Origin: Escherichia phage vB_EcoM_EP32a
Reading direction: 5' to 3' (one strand)
Length of the DNA stretch: 64,000 bases
Sequence record: OR544954
A model generated the notes under the pieces. It searched no databases. It was not told the origin of the DNA and saw only the letters and a list, made by a program, of their open reading frames with translations. Made by a program: the position numbers and the translations under genes. Positions 20,554 to 29,280 of the stretch are shown piece after piece; position 1 is the first letter of the stretch, and every line of letters starts with the position of its first letter.

Positions 20554-21042
20554 ATGAATATATTTGAAATGCTTCGTAATGACGAAGGTCTTAGACTGAC
20601 TTTATACAAAGACACTGAAGGCTTTTGGACGATTGGCATAGGCCATTTAGTAACAAAGAACCCATCTTTAGCCGTAGCTAAAGCTGAACTTGACAGAATG
20701 ATCGGACGTAAATGCAACGGTACAATTACCCTTGATGAGGCTGAAAAGCTATTTAATGAAGACGTTGATAAAGCTGTTCGCGGAATCTTGGGTAATGCTA
20801 AACTTAAACCGGTATATGATTCTTTAGATGCAGTTCGTCGATGTGCATTGGTCAATATGGTCTTCCAAATGGGTGTAACAGGCGTCGCCGGTTTTACTAA
20901 TTCTCTTCGTATGCTTCAACAGAAACGTTGGGACGAGGCGGCAGTAAATCTAGCCCAATCTAAATGGTACCGTCAGACACCTAATCGCGCGAAACGCGTA
21001 ATCTCAACATTTAAAACAGGAACTTGGAAAGCGTATATATGA
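20554..21042 (+). CDS. e: endolysin (T4 lysozyme e)
   Basis: [32 protein letters not shown]..., near-identical to recalled T4 lysozyme. Confidence 0.95.
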   Translation: MNIFEMLRNDEGLRLTLYKDTEGFWTIGIGHLVTKNPSLAVAKAELDRMIGRKCNGTITLDEAEKLFNEDVDKAVRGILGNAKLKPVYDSLDAVRRCALVNMVFQMGVTGVAGFTNSLRMLQQKRWDEAAVNLAQSKWYRQTPNRAKRVISTFKTGTWKAYI

Positions 21043-21320
21043 AAACATATAGTGAATTTTTATCAGAATCTATTCTTAACGAAGCTACTGACACATTTGC
21101 AACTAAGCTAGGTGCAGCTTTGGTTGAAGCTGAAAGTCTATTAGCACGTATTTCTGAACTTGCTAGTAAGATAGATACTCGCAAATTTGAACGTACCAGC
21201 GATATCGCTAAGCTTGAAGCCTTGTTGCGTATGTGTGATAAACCGGAAGAAATCGCTAAGAACGGCTCGCTGATGAAACAACGTCTTGAAAAATATATTT
21301 CAGGCGCTTCAGAAAAATAG
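21039..21320 (+). CDS. internal protein with capsid-targeting leader (ipII/ipIII position)
   Basis: [10 protein letters not shown]... leader; ATGA overlap with e stop. Confidence 0.7.
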   Translation: MKTYSEFLSESILNEATDTFATKLGAALVEAESLLARISELASKIDTRKFERTSDIAKLEALLRMCDKPEEIAKNGSLMKQRLEKYISGASEK

Positions 21321-21352
21321 TGTTTACTTCCTCCAAGGGTTTTGATACTATA
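21321..21352 (+). promoter_or_regulatory. T4-type early promoter
   Basis: GTTTAC ... TACTAT. Confidence 0.45.
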
Positions 21353-21378
21353 CATTCATCAACTACTTGGAGGAAATT

Positions 21379-21792
21379 ATGACTCGTATCAATTTAACAC
21401 TTGTTTCTGAACTGACCGACCAACATCTTATGGCTGAGTATCGTGAATTACCACGCGTATTTGGTGCAGTCCGTAAACATGTTCAAAACGGTAAACGTGT
21501 AAAGGATTTTAAAATCTCTCCAACATTTATCTTAGGCACAGGTCACGTAACATTCTTTTACGACAAACTCGAATTTTTACGTTTACGTCAAATCGAGCTA
21601 ATCGCTGAATGCTTGAAACGTGGTTTCAAAATCAAGGACACGACTGTTCAGGATATTTCCGACATCCCTGCCGAATTTCGTAATAATTACGTCCCGTCCG
21701 AAGCGTCCATTGCGATAAGTCAAGCACGCTTAGATGAAAAAATTGCTCAACGTCCGACTTGGTACAAATACTATGGTAAATCAATTTACTAA
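21379..21792 (+). CDS. denV: endonuclease V (pyrimidine-dimer DNA glycosylase) DenV
   Basis: [34 protein letters not shown]..., near-identical to recalled T4 DenV. Confidence 0.93.
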   Translation: MTRINLTLVSELTDQHLMAEYRELPRVFGAVRKHVQNGKRVKDFKISPTFILGTGHVTFFYDKLEFLRLRQIELIAECLKRGFKIKDTTVQDISDIPAEFRNNYVPSEASIAISQARLDEKIAQRPTWYKYYGKSIY

Positions 21793-21799
21793 GGAAAAA

Positions 21800-22060
21800 A
21801 TGAAAATGTATCAAGAATTTATCATTGAAGCAGATGCCAAAGACCCTAAATTTAAAGTTAAAGCTTTCATTGGTGATGCGGAAGACTTTGGCTCATTAAA
21901 ACGTAATGGGTATTCTTTCTTAGGTGGTGATGGTAAAGAAATCAACACCTATGCAAAACGTAGTGAAATTGCTTATGTTGTAGTAAGTCCTAAAGTAGAT
22001 GTTGACGATATTGGATACGATTTTAACAACTTCGGAATTATTTCTGGCGGTAAAGCTTAA
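21800..22060 (+). CDS. internal protein with capsid-targeting leader
   Basis: MKMYQEFIIEA leader; 86 aa. Confidence 0.65.
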   Translation: MKMYQEFIIEADAKDPKFKVKAFIGDAEDFGSLKRNGYSFLGGDGKEINTYAKRSEIAYVVVSPKVDVDDIGYDFNNFGIISGGKA

Positions 22061-22061
22061 A

Positions 22062-22095
22062 TTGTTTACGCTTAAGTATTAATATGGTATAATTA
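22062..22095 (+). promoter_or_regulatory. T4-type early promoter
   Basis: GTTTAC, 18-bp spacer, TATAAT. Confidence 0.5.
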
Positions 22096-22123
22096 CTCTA
22101 TCAAAACAAACAAGGAAACAAAA

Positions 22124-22195
22124 ATGAAAACATATAAAGAATTTATCGCCGATCCAACCTGTAATAAGGTCGAGCCCAAGTGCGGTAATGGGTTT
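22124..22195 (+). pseudogene. remnant or minimal internal-protein gene (leader + 13 aa, in-frame TAG)
   Basis: MKTYKEFIADPTCNKVEPKCGNGFT then TAG; same frame stays open to 22260. Confidence 0.4.
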
Positions 22196-22257
22196 ACATA
22201 GCGAGTCGAAGGACCTAACATGTGCCACGGAATGGCCCAAACCTTAAGAGAAATAAT

Positions 22258-22797
22258 ATGAGAACATTTTTAACTGGACCTTATCTATCCCTGATGAATG
22301 CTTTTACACACCATTCTGATGCTAGAGTAGAAGAAATTTGTAAGAACGGTTATGTCCCGCCATTTGAAGAAGTACTCAAGCAGTACTGTACACTTCGTTT
22401 AGACGGCGGCCGACAATCCGGTAAATAAATTGCTGTGACTAACTTTGCTGCTAATTGGCTGTATGATGGTGGAACAGTTATTGTTCTTTCTAATACTTCA
22501 GCTTATGCTAAAATTTCTGCTGGCAACATTAAAAAAGAATTTTCTCGTTATTCTAGCGATGATATTCGATTCCGTTTATTTACTGATTCTGTTCGTAGTT
22601 TTATTGGCAATGAAGGTTCTAAATTCCGTGGATTAACGCTTTCTCGTATTCTGTATATAATTGACGAGCCTATTAAAGCTCCTGATATGGATAAGATTTA
22701 CAATGTACATATTAAAACAGTCCAACACTGTTGCAAAAGCAAATATTGCATCGGCGGTAATGCTCGTCCTCAATTTTTTGTGATTGGAATGCAATGA
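22258..22797 (+). pseudogene. P-loop NTPase interrupted by in-frame TAA inside Walker A
   Basis: ...LDGGRQSGK-TAA-IAVTNF... same frame across 22426-22428; Walker B-like ILYIIDEP downstream. Confidence 0.5.
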
Positions 22798-23102
22798 TGA
22801 CCACTATTGAAGTTTTTGAGTATTGTTATAACAGTCCAGTATGCAATAAAAGGGCCCTTGTAGAAAATTACGAGATTTACCATTTTAAACCTAAACGATA
22901 TCGTTTGACTAAAGGTCCGTTCGCAGGGCAGCAGGTTCTTTGTACTGCTCCTAATGCACGACTGATGACTAGTATTCCACATTTCAAAATGGAATTTATT
23001 GATGGGCCATTTAAGGGATTAATCACTCAAAGTTTAATGGCGTTTAATTCCGACCCATTTTTGATTAAAGAAAAATCTTGGATAAATTTATTTTCTAATT
23101 GA
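22794..23102 (+). CDS. hypothetical protein
   Basis: 102-aa ORF. Confidence 0.5.
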   Translation: MMTTIEVFEYCYNSPVCNKRALVENYEIYHFKPKRYRLTKGPFAGQQVLCTAPNARLMTSIPHFKMEFIDGPFKGLITQSLMAFNSDPFLIKEKSWINLFSN

Positions 23103-23108
23103 GGTTAT

Positions 23109-23471
23109 ATGAAAGCATATCAAATTCTTGAAGGTGCACATAAAGGCACTATTTATTTTGAAGACGGTACTCAAGCCAGGATTATTGTCTCTAAGACTTT
23201 TAAAGAAGACGCTATTGTAGACCCGGAAATTTTCTACGGTTTGAATGCCCGTGAAATTGAAATTGAACATCAACCTAAAGTTAAAATTGAAGGTGGACAA
23301 CATCTGAACGTTAACGTTCTGCGTCGTGAAACTCTAGAAGATGCAGTTAAGCATCCAGAAAAATATCCGCAGCTGACCATCCGTGTATCTGGTTATGCAG
23401 TTCGCTTTAACTCTCTGACTCCGGAACAGCAGCGTGACGTTATCGCTCGCACCTTTACTGAGAGTCTATAA
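23109..23471 (+). CDS. autonomous glycyl-radical cofactor (GrcA/YfiD-like; cf. T4 Y06I)
   Basis: C-terminal [59 protein letters not shown], glycyl-radical motif RVSGY. Confidence 0.9.
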   Translation: MKAYQILEGAHKGTIYFEDGTQARIIVSKTFKEDAIVDPEIFYGLNAREIEIEHQPKVKIEGGQHLNVNVLRRETLEDAVKHPEKYPQLTIRVSGYAVRFNSLTPEQQRDVIARTFTESL

Positions 23472-23695
23472 TGGCTAAATTGATTATAGAAGGGTCTGAA
23501 GATGTTTTAAAATGTTTTGCCGCCTGGTTTAGTTGCTCAGGCGAGCAATCATTCACTGAAGCATTTAGAATGGGTGATATTACTGGAAACTATCCGACAA
23601 CTGATATCACTGTACGTGGATATGGTATTAATGAGCCTATCCAATTGGTCGAATATGACCTTGCCACCGATGAGGAAATTCCTTATGTCGATTGA
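23471..23695 (+). CDS. hypothetical protein
   Basis: 74 aa, ATGA-coupled. Confidence 0.5.
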   Translation: MAKLIIEGSEDVLKCFAAWFSCSGEQSFTEAFRMGDITGNYPTTDITVRGYGINEPIQLVEYDLATDEEIPYVD

Positions 23696-23815
23696 AGACA
23701 TCAAAGGCTACAAGCCGCATACCGATGATAAAATCAGTAAAGTGAACGCTATTAAAGATGCAGAAGTTCGTGTCGTGCAGTATTTCGACCTGAGGAAAAA
23801 TACTAATGGCTAGAG

Positions 23816-23850
23816 TAGTTTACTTCTCCTCTAGTTGTGTTACTATAGAC
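23816..23850 (+). promoter_or_regulatory. T4-type early promoter
   Basis: GTTTAC ... TACTAT with flanking CTAGAGG/CTAGAGG-type repeat. Confidence 0.45.
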
Positions 23851-23874
23851 CTGTCAACTAGAGGAGAAATCAAA

Positions 23875-24333
23875 ATGACTATCAATTCAGACGTTTTTAT
23901 CCGTCGTAATAAACTCCGTCGAATCTTTGAAACGGAGTTCCGCAAAATAAATGCCGGTATAAAAGATGCTGCAAAGTCTCTTGGACTACCAGGCTTTCAT
24001 ATCAAGTATTCTCAACATCTCTTAGATCGTGCCATCCAGAGAGAAATAGATGAGAATTACGTTTTTGAATTATTTCATAAAGTAAAAAATCACGTTAAAG
24101 AAGTTGCAGAATTTTTATCAATGCCGGCACGTCCAGATGTTGATGAAGATTTTGTCGAAGGTGTCGAGTATCGTCCAGGCCGTTTAGAAATAACTGACGG
24201 AAATCTTTGGTTAGGACTTACAGTTTGTCGCGAAAATCCGACATTCAAAATGAAGACTCTTCAATGTAGAATGGCTATTATTAACAGTAAACGACTACCA
24301 GGAAAAGCTTCTAAAGCAGTGATTAAAATCTAG
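23875..24333 (+). CDS. regB: endoribonuclease RegB
   Basis: MTINSDVFIRRNKLRRIFETEFRKIN..., matches recalled T4 RegB. Confidence 0.88.
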   Translation: MTINSDVFIRRNKLRRIFETEFRKINAGIKDAAKSLGLPGFHIKYSQHLLDRAIQREIDENYVFELFHKVKNHVKEVAEFLSMPARPDVDEDFVEGVEYRPGRLEITDGNLWLGLTVCRENPTFKMKTLQCRMAIINSKRLPGKASKAVIKI

Positions 24334-24341
24334 AGGTAAAC

Positions 24342-24884
24342 ATGAGAAAAGCACTACTCGCTGGTCTATTTGCTCTTTCATTATCAGCACATAGCTCCGA
24401 GCATACTTTTAGTAATGTCCAACTCGATAACTTGAATTATGCTTATCAGTTTGGGGAACAGTTTTCTAAGGACGGAAAATTTAAAACGCATGAAAATATG
24501 CATAAGAAAGGACTTGGATACATAATGGCCGCAATACTATGGCAAGAATCATCTGCCGGTATTAATCTTAAAGATAAGAAAGGTCACCATGCGTATGGAA
24601 TGTTCCAAAATTATCTACCAACAATGAGGGCAAGAATTAACCAGCTTGGTTATAATATGACTGATGCCCAAATTAAGAAAATGCTATCTAAGCGGTCTAA
24701 TTCAGCCAGATGGGCTTATATCGAATTTTCTTATTGGTTAAATATACATAACGGGGATATAAGAAAAGCTATATCCTCATATAATGCGGGATGGAAGACA
24801 AGTGCTGGAAGTAAATATGCTTCTGAAGTCCTAGAAAAGGCTAATTACCTTAAATCAAATAAACTACTGGAAATAAAAGAATGA
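24342..24884 (+). CDS. secreted lytic-transglycosylase-like (SLT-domain) protein
   Basis: Signal peptide MRKALLAGLFALSLSAHS; WQESS...GMFQ core. Confidence 0.6.
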   Translation: MRKALLAGLFALSLSAHSSEHTFSNVQLDNLNYAYQFGEQFSKDGKFKTHENMHKKGLGYIMAAILWQESSAGINLKDKKGHHAYGMFQNYLPTMRARINQLGYNMTDAQIKKMLSKRSNSARWAYIEFSYWLNIHNGDIRKAISSYNAGWKTSAGSKYASEVLEKANYLKSNKLLEIKE

Positions 24885-25228
24885 CCAAAATGTTGGCTTT
24901 AATAGTTAGCTTGGTTTCATTTAACGCTCTTGCTAATACTACATATACTGATGTAACGGAGTATACAAACAGAACGGCGTCTGATTATTGTGGTAAAAGT
25001 CAAGAGTGTAAAGTAGATTTTTCACAAAAATTGTTATACGCGTATAAAGACGGAGAAAAAGATGGGGCGTCTAGTAGGTTCAAGGCGTCTACCTTAATTA
25101 AAAGATACTATAAAAAATGGCAAATATTAGAATGCTCGGTGGCGGAACCTAAAGATAAGGCAGCATGCAATTCTATGGTGGACCGTCTAGTTGACTCTTA
25201 TAATAGAGGACTTGCAGCAAGTGATTAA
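24881..25228 (+). CDS. secreted Cys-containing protein
   Basis: Signal peptide MTKMLALIVSLVSFNALA; 115 aa. Confidence 0.55.
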   Translation: MTKMLALIVSLVSFNALANTTYTDVTEYTNRTASDYCGKSQECKVDFSQKLLYAYKDGEKDGASSRFKASTLIKRYYKKWQILECSVAEPKDKAACNSMVDRLVDSYNRGLAASD

Positions 25229-25688
25229 AAACTACATCAAGGGCGATATTGTCGCCCTGTTTTCTAAAGGTAATAATATTGCTCATGGGTGTAATTGTTT
25301 TCATACAATGGGCGCCGGTGTAGCAGGCCAATTAGCAAAGGCTTATCCAAAAATTTTAGAAGCCGATAAACTTCAAACCGAATTCGGAGACGAGTCTAAA
25401 CTCGGGTCTTATTCGGTTTATGAAAAATATTTTAAGACCCATAAAGCTTATTGCTTTAATCTTTATACGCAGTTTGAGCCTGGACCTAATTTTGAGTACT
25501 CTGCTTTAATGAATTGTATAATAGAATTAAATGAATTCGGAAAGAATAAGATAACAAAGCCTGTAATTTATATGCCAAGAATTGGTGCAGGTATCGGTGG
25601 TGGAAACTGGGATGTCATCGAAGAGATTTTAGATACGTATTCCACTAAACTAGAAATTGTGATTGTTGATTGGGAACCATTATTATGA
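25191..25688 (+). CDS. macro-domain protein (ADP-ribose binding/processing fold)
   Basis: GDIVALFSKGNNIAHGCNCFHTMGAGVAGQLAKAYP; non-ATG start (TTG 25191 or GTG 25221). Confidence 0.6.
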   Translation: MTLIIEDLQQVIKNYIKGDIVALFSKGNNIAHGCNCFHTMGAGVAGQLAKAYPKILEADKLQTEFGDESKLGSYSVYEKYFKTHKAYCFNLYTQFEPGPNFEYSALMNCIIELNEFGKNKITKPVIYMPRIGAGIGGGNWDVIEEILDTYSTKLEIVIVDWEPLL

Positions 25689-25897
25689 ATATACATTATC
25701 CACATCCATATGACCCAAAGAATAAGGCAGTAATTATTCGTCAATGGGAACGCATTTGCCGTACCAAATGTCCAATTAATAGTCTACATGATGTAGATAA
25801 AGACTACATTGGAACATTCGTTGAATATACCTTTATTGATAAGAAAGGTCGTAAACAGCATGTAGAAGAATACTGCTTAAAGGTGACATGGTTATGA
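25685..25897 (+). CDS. hypothetical protein
   Basis: ATG 25685 overlapping upstream stop. Confidence 0.5.
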   Translation: MNIHYPHPYDPKNKAVIIRQWERICRTKCPINSLHDVDKDYIGTFVEYTFIDKKGRKQHVEEYCLKVTWL

Positions 25898-26100
25898 GTC
25901 AAACAAAAATTCTTACAGGTGCTAAATGCGAAAAATGCGAATGGCCTGTAGTTTTTGCTTTATGCAATGACGAAATGGCTTGTGATTTTGATTATTGGTG
26001 TTACTGTTCGAACAAAGGTTGTAGCAATCATAAAGGTGAAGGGTTTTACTCAGGATTTTACCCTTACCCGGATTTCGTTAAAGAAGGTGAACCTAAATGA
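25888..26100 (+). CDS. Cys-rich small protein (possible zinc binding)
   Basis: CEKCEW...C...C..C...C motifs. Confidence 0.5.
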   Translation: MVMSQTKILTGAKCEKCEWPVVFALCNDEMACDFDYWCYCSNKGCSNHKGEGFYSGFYPYPDFVKEGEPK

Positions 26101-26279
26101 AATTGACTAAAGAAGAGAAAACTAAACTGTTCGAACTTATCCATGACCTATTGGACGAGCAAGCAGCCACCAATGCGTACGATGAATATGCTCCTTTAAC
26201 AGATGAAGAATATCAAGCATTGATGGAATCATTTGACAGGAAAGAACAAGAACTCATTGACTACGTGAATTCACTATAA
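26097..26279 (+). CDS. small acidic protein (LIHDL family member)
   Basis: 60 aa; similar N-terminal motif to 27527 and 28085. Confidence 0.5.
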   Translation: MKLTKEEKTKLFELIHDLLDEQAATNAYDEYAPLTDEEYQALMESFDRKEQELIDYVNSL

Positions 26280-26288
26280 GGGACTCTT

Positions 26289-26870
26289 ATGGCTAGTTTA
26301 ATTTTTACATATGCCGCTATGAATGCTGGTAAGTCTGCTTCATTACTTACTGCCGCACATAACTATAAAGAACGTGGCATGGGTGTATTAGTTCTTAAAC
26401 CGGCTATTGATACTCGCGATTCAAAAGGTGAAATAGTCTCTCGTATTGGTATTCGTCAGGATGCCAATATAATTACAAAAGACATGGATATCTTTGAATT
26501 CTATAAATGGGCTGCAGCACAAAAGGATATTCACTGTGTATTTGTTGACGAAGCTCAGTTCTTAACTACTGAAAAGGTGTATCAACTTAGTCGTATTGTT
26601 GACGTATACAATGTGCCGGTAATGGCATATGGACTACGAACAGATTTTAAAGGTAATCTATTTGAAGGTTCTCAAGCATTAATGGCTATTGCCGATAAGC
26701 TTGTTGAACTTAAAGGTGTCTGTCATTGTGGTAAAAAGGCCACAATGGTAGCTAGAGTCACGGAAGACGGACTTCCAATTACAGATGGCAGCCAAATTGA
26801 AATTGGTGATACCGATAGATATGTGTCATTATGCCGGAAGCATTGGAATGATTTGACAGGGTTGTTATAA
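26289..26870 (+). CDS. tk: thymidine kinase
   Basis: 193 aa, P-loop AAMNAGKSASLL, Cys-rich zinc site; T4 Tk-like. Confidence 0.92.
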   Translation: MASLIFTYAAMNAGKSASLLTAAHNYKERGMGVLVLKPAIDTRDSKGEIVSRIGIRQDANIITKDMDIFEFYKWAAAQKDIHCVFVDEAQFLTTEKVYQLSRIVDVYNVPVMAYGLRTDFKGNLFEGSQALMAIADKLVELKGVCHCGKKATMVARVTEDGLPITDGSQIEIGDTDRYVSLCRKHWNDLTGLL

Positions 26871-26897
26871 ATACTAATATCTAACCAAGAGGTATAT

Positions 26898-27110
26898 ATG
26901 CAGCAATTAAACGAAAGACAACTTCGTAATCTTACTGTAACCCAATTGGATGAAATCCGAAGAGAATTAGGACATTCTATTTCTCATTTAAACGAGGATA
27001 TCCGTCAAACTGGTTCTAAAGCTGATTATACACGCAAGCGCAAGCTGGAAAAATACCTCGCAGATGTTAAGGCCGTCCAAAGGCGAAAAATAAATACTGG
27101 CCAAAATTAA
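26898..27110 (+). CDS. hypothetical basic protein
   Basis: 70 aa. Confidence 0.5.
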   Translation: MQQLNERQLRNLTVTQLDEIRRELGHSISHLNEDIRQTGSKADYTRKRKLEKYLADVKAVQRRKINTGQN

Positions 27111-27122
27111 CAGGAGGCCTAT

Positions 27123-27425
27123 ATGGCCTTAAGAGCGATAGCTGTCATGGCGATGCTGGGGTTTTTTGCAGCAACAACTCCTATCGTTGGTACTGCATAT
27201 ATCGACCCATATTTTGATAACTTTATGGAATCAGGGATTAAAAACGTATATACTTTGTTTGAAATTCAAAATGTTGAGAATTCTGAAAAATTCTATAAGT
27301 ATATGGCAAAGCATTACAAAAATAGTCCCTGTGATGATGCATTTGAATGTCATGAACAAGGCATAAAAACCGCCAGACAATTTGCTGAGTTCATGAAAAT
27401 AAAATTAGAGCCTACATCTATCTAA
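27123..27425 (+). CDS. rI: lysis inhibition regulator rI
   Basis: MALRAIAVMAMLGFFAATT...DPYFDNFMESGIKNVY... resembles recalled T4 RI. Confidence 0.8.
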   Translation: MALRAIAVMAMLGFFAATTPIVGTAYIDPYFDNFMESGIKNVYTLFEIQNVENSEKFYKYMAKHYKNSPCDDAFECHEQGIKTARQFAEFMKIKLEPTSI

Positions 27426-27431
27426 TTTACT

Positions 27432-27460
27432 AGCCCCTTCCTTATGGTTGGGGCTTTTTG
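27432..27460 (+). terminator. Rho-independent terminator
   Basis: AGCCCC ... GGGGCT hairpin + TTTTT. Confidence 0.6.
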
Positions 27461-27469
27461 GCATTTAGC

Positions 27470-27502
27470 AGTTTACTTTTCCTCAGGTTGTGTTATAGTA
27501 GT
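27470..27502 (+). promoter_or_regulatory. T4-type early promoter
   Basis: GTTTAC ... TATAGT. Confidence 0.45.
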
Positions 27503-27526
27503 CCTTACTTACTAGAGGAGAACATT

Positions 27527-27706
27527 ATGACACGTAAAGAAAAAATTTCTAAGTTAATGTTTTTGATTGAAGAGTACGCTAATGCGGTATCTGATTGGGA
27601 AAATGCTCATGGTTGCGAAGATGGAGACATCGACATTAACAGAGCTATGAAAAAGATGGCTGACGCCCACACCGAATTGCAAATGTATGTTAACGAGATT
27701 ATGTGA
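27527..27706 (+). CDS. small protein (LIHDL-like family member)
   Basis: MTRKEKISKLMFLIEEY...; ATG after GAGGAG. Confidence 0.45.
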   Translation: MTRKEKISKLMFLIEEYANAVSDWENAHGCEDGDIDINRAMKKMADAHTELQMYVNEIM

Positions 27707-27713
27707 GGATATT

Positions 27714-27920
27714 ATGCTTTACGATTATACTGGAAAATCTGAAGACGGTGTACTTGAGCTTTTATCTGAAAGCGCTGAAGATGACGATACGGTGGTGATG
27801 TTTTGTAAAAATGGTCCTGGGGATAAGGGATGGATTTATCTTCGCCAAGAAAATGACCTAATTGTTTTGGACCCTAAACAAGTTGAAGAACTTTATCAAC
27901 ATTTAAAACACAATCGGTAG
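27714..27920 (+). CDS. hypothetical protein
   Basis: 68 aa after GAGGA. Confidence 0.45.
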   Translation: MLYDYTGKSEDGVLELLSESAEDDDTVVMFCKNGPGDKGWIYLRQENDLIVLDPKQVEELYQHLKHNR

Positions 27921-27960
27921 TTTACGTCTTGGTAGGACTATGATATAGTAATCCTACCAA
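27918..27960 (+). promoter_or_regulatory. T4-type early promoter with flanking inverted repeat
   Basis: GTTTAC ... TATAGT; GGTAGGA/TCCTACC. Confidence 0.5.
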
Positions 27961-28084
27961 AACAAATGGAGAACAAAATGAAACTTTTGCTTATCGCTTA
28001 TGTTGTAGTACAATATAATTATCCGATGTTTACTTATAACATGGTAAACGGCATAGTGAATCTTATTGAAACGAGTATGGTAAA

Positions 28085-28264
28085 ATGACCCGTGAACAAG
28101 CTAATAAATTGATGGACCTTATCCATGACTTACGTGAAGCCGATTCAGATTTGAATGATGTAGCTTATCATGCGGTAAATGATAACGGAGACTTTTATGA
28201 AAATCAGGTTGATGCTTGCCAGAATGCTTTGGTGAATTTTGTTGAAACTTTAATTGGTGAATAA
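28085..28264 (+). CDS. small protein (LIHDL family member)
   Basis: MTREQANKLMDLIHDLREAD...; 59 aa, below the ORF-track cutoff. Confidence 0.4.
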   Translation: MTREQANKLMDLIHDLREADSDLNDVAYHAVNDNGDFYENQVDACQNALVNFVETLIGE

Positions 28265-28265
28265 T

Positions 28266-28796
28266 ATGAAAACTGTAATTGAAACAACCGAGTTGTTTGG
28301 CGATTTATGTATCGAAAAACGTGGTTATGCTTACGTTCTGACACAAGAAGATGATGCTGTTACTATTCTTCCTATGGAACTGGACAAGATTTTGAAACTC
28401 AATCCGCCCGGCCATGCATCTGTAATTAACATTGATGAAGACCTTCAAGTTCGTTTTTATCACGGTCTTTATAGTGGGGTTAATATCGAAACAGAAGATG
28501 AATGCCTTTCTATCAATAATTGGAAAACATTCGTCACTAAGGTGAAAGAATTCATAGAATCTGAAACTGCCAAAAAGGCCAAACTTCAATGGGCTAAATG
28601 CCGTAATGCTTTTATTACAAATCAGGACCGCCCTGACTATACAACAGTCCTAGGCGTTAATCCTTCTTATGAAGACGGTGATGTCGTAGTTATTCGCCAA
28701 ATTGATGACCTTCGTCAACATATCGTTACATTAGACAAAGATGAAGCAGTTGCTCTTAAAGCTTATCTTGATTCTATTATCCCGACTTTGAAATAA
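28266..28796 (+). CDS. hypothetical protein
   Basis: 176 aa. Confidence 0.55.
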   Translation: MKTVIETTELFGDLCIEKRGYAYVLTQEDDAVTILPMELDKILKLNPPGHASVINIDEDLQVRFYHGLYSGVNIETEDECLSINNWKTFVTKVKEFIESETAKKAKLQWAKCRNAFITNQDRPDYTTVLGVNPSYEDGDVVVIRQIDDLRQHIVTLDKDEAVALKAYLDSIIPTLK

Positions 28797-28806
28797 GGAA
28801 ATTATT

Positions 28807-29280
28807 ATGATTATCAATGAAAACTCTTGGCACTTTAAAATTTATGCCGCGTTCAATAGTACGTGGAATCGTCCGAAAACATTATGTGCTTATTTTTGGA
28901 AAACGCTAATCCCGGTATTGGCTGCTTCAATTATTGGATTTGCGATTTTAGCAGCAGTCACAATCATTGGCCAGGAAATTTTAACTAAATTCTTTGTTTT
29001 TAGCAGTCTATGGACATTAGTTCCAGCCTCAATTGGTGTAGGCATTTTGATTGTAGCAGTCATGGCTTTTATTGCTACCGGGGCGGTAATTGGTCCGTCT
29101 TGGTTGTTAGACAAATATAACGACAGAAAATATTATAAAGAAATTGAGTTCATTGCACAAAACCAAGAACGAATTAAAAATGGACTTGAGCCTATTGAAC
29201 GTAAGAAATCATTAATAGGTGAATACCTTAAAGCTCGTAAAGAAAAAGTCTGTCCTACTCTTGAATATAAGGCTAAATGA
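28807..29280 (+). CDS. integral membrane protein
   Basis: Multiple hydrophobic segments. Confidence 0.55.
   Translation: MIINENSWHFKIYAAFNSTWNRPKTLCAYFWKTLIPVLAASIIGFAILAAVTIIGQEILTKFFVFSSLWTLVPASIGVGILIVAVMAFIATGAVIGPSWLLDKYNDRKYYKEIEFIAQNQERIKNGLEPIERKKSLIGEYLKARKEKVCPTLEYKAK

Noticed and set aside
22124-22260. Self-splicing intron or structured RNA between the leader-only ORF and the P-loop gene
   Set aside because: The segment is under 150 nt with no recognisable group I intron core; a decayed gene is more likely.
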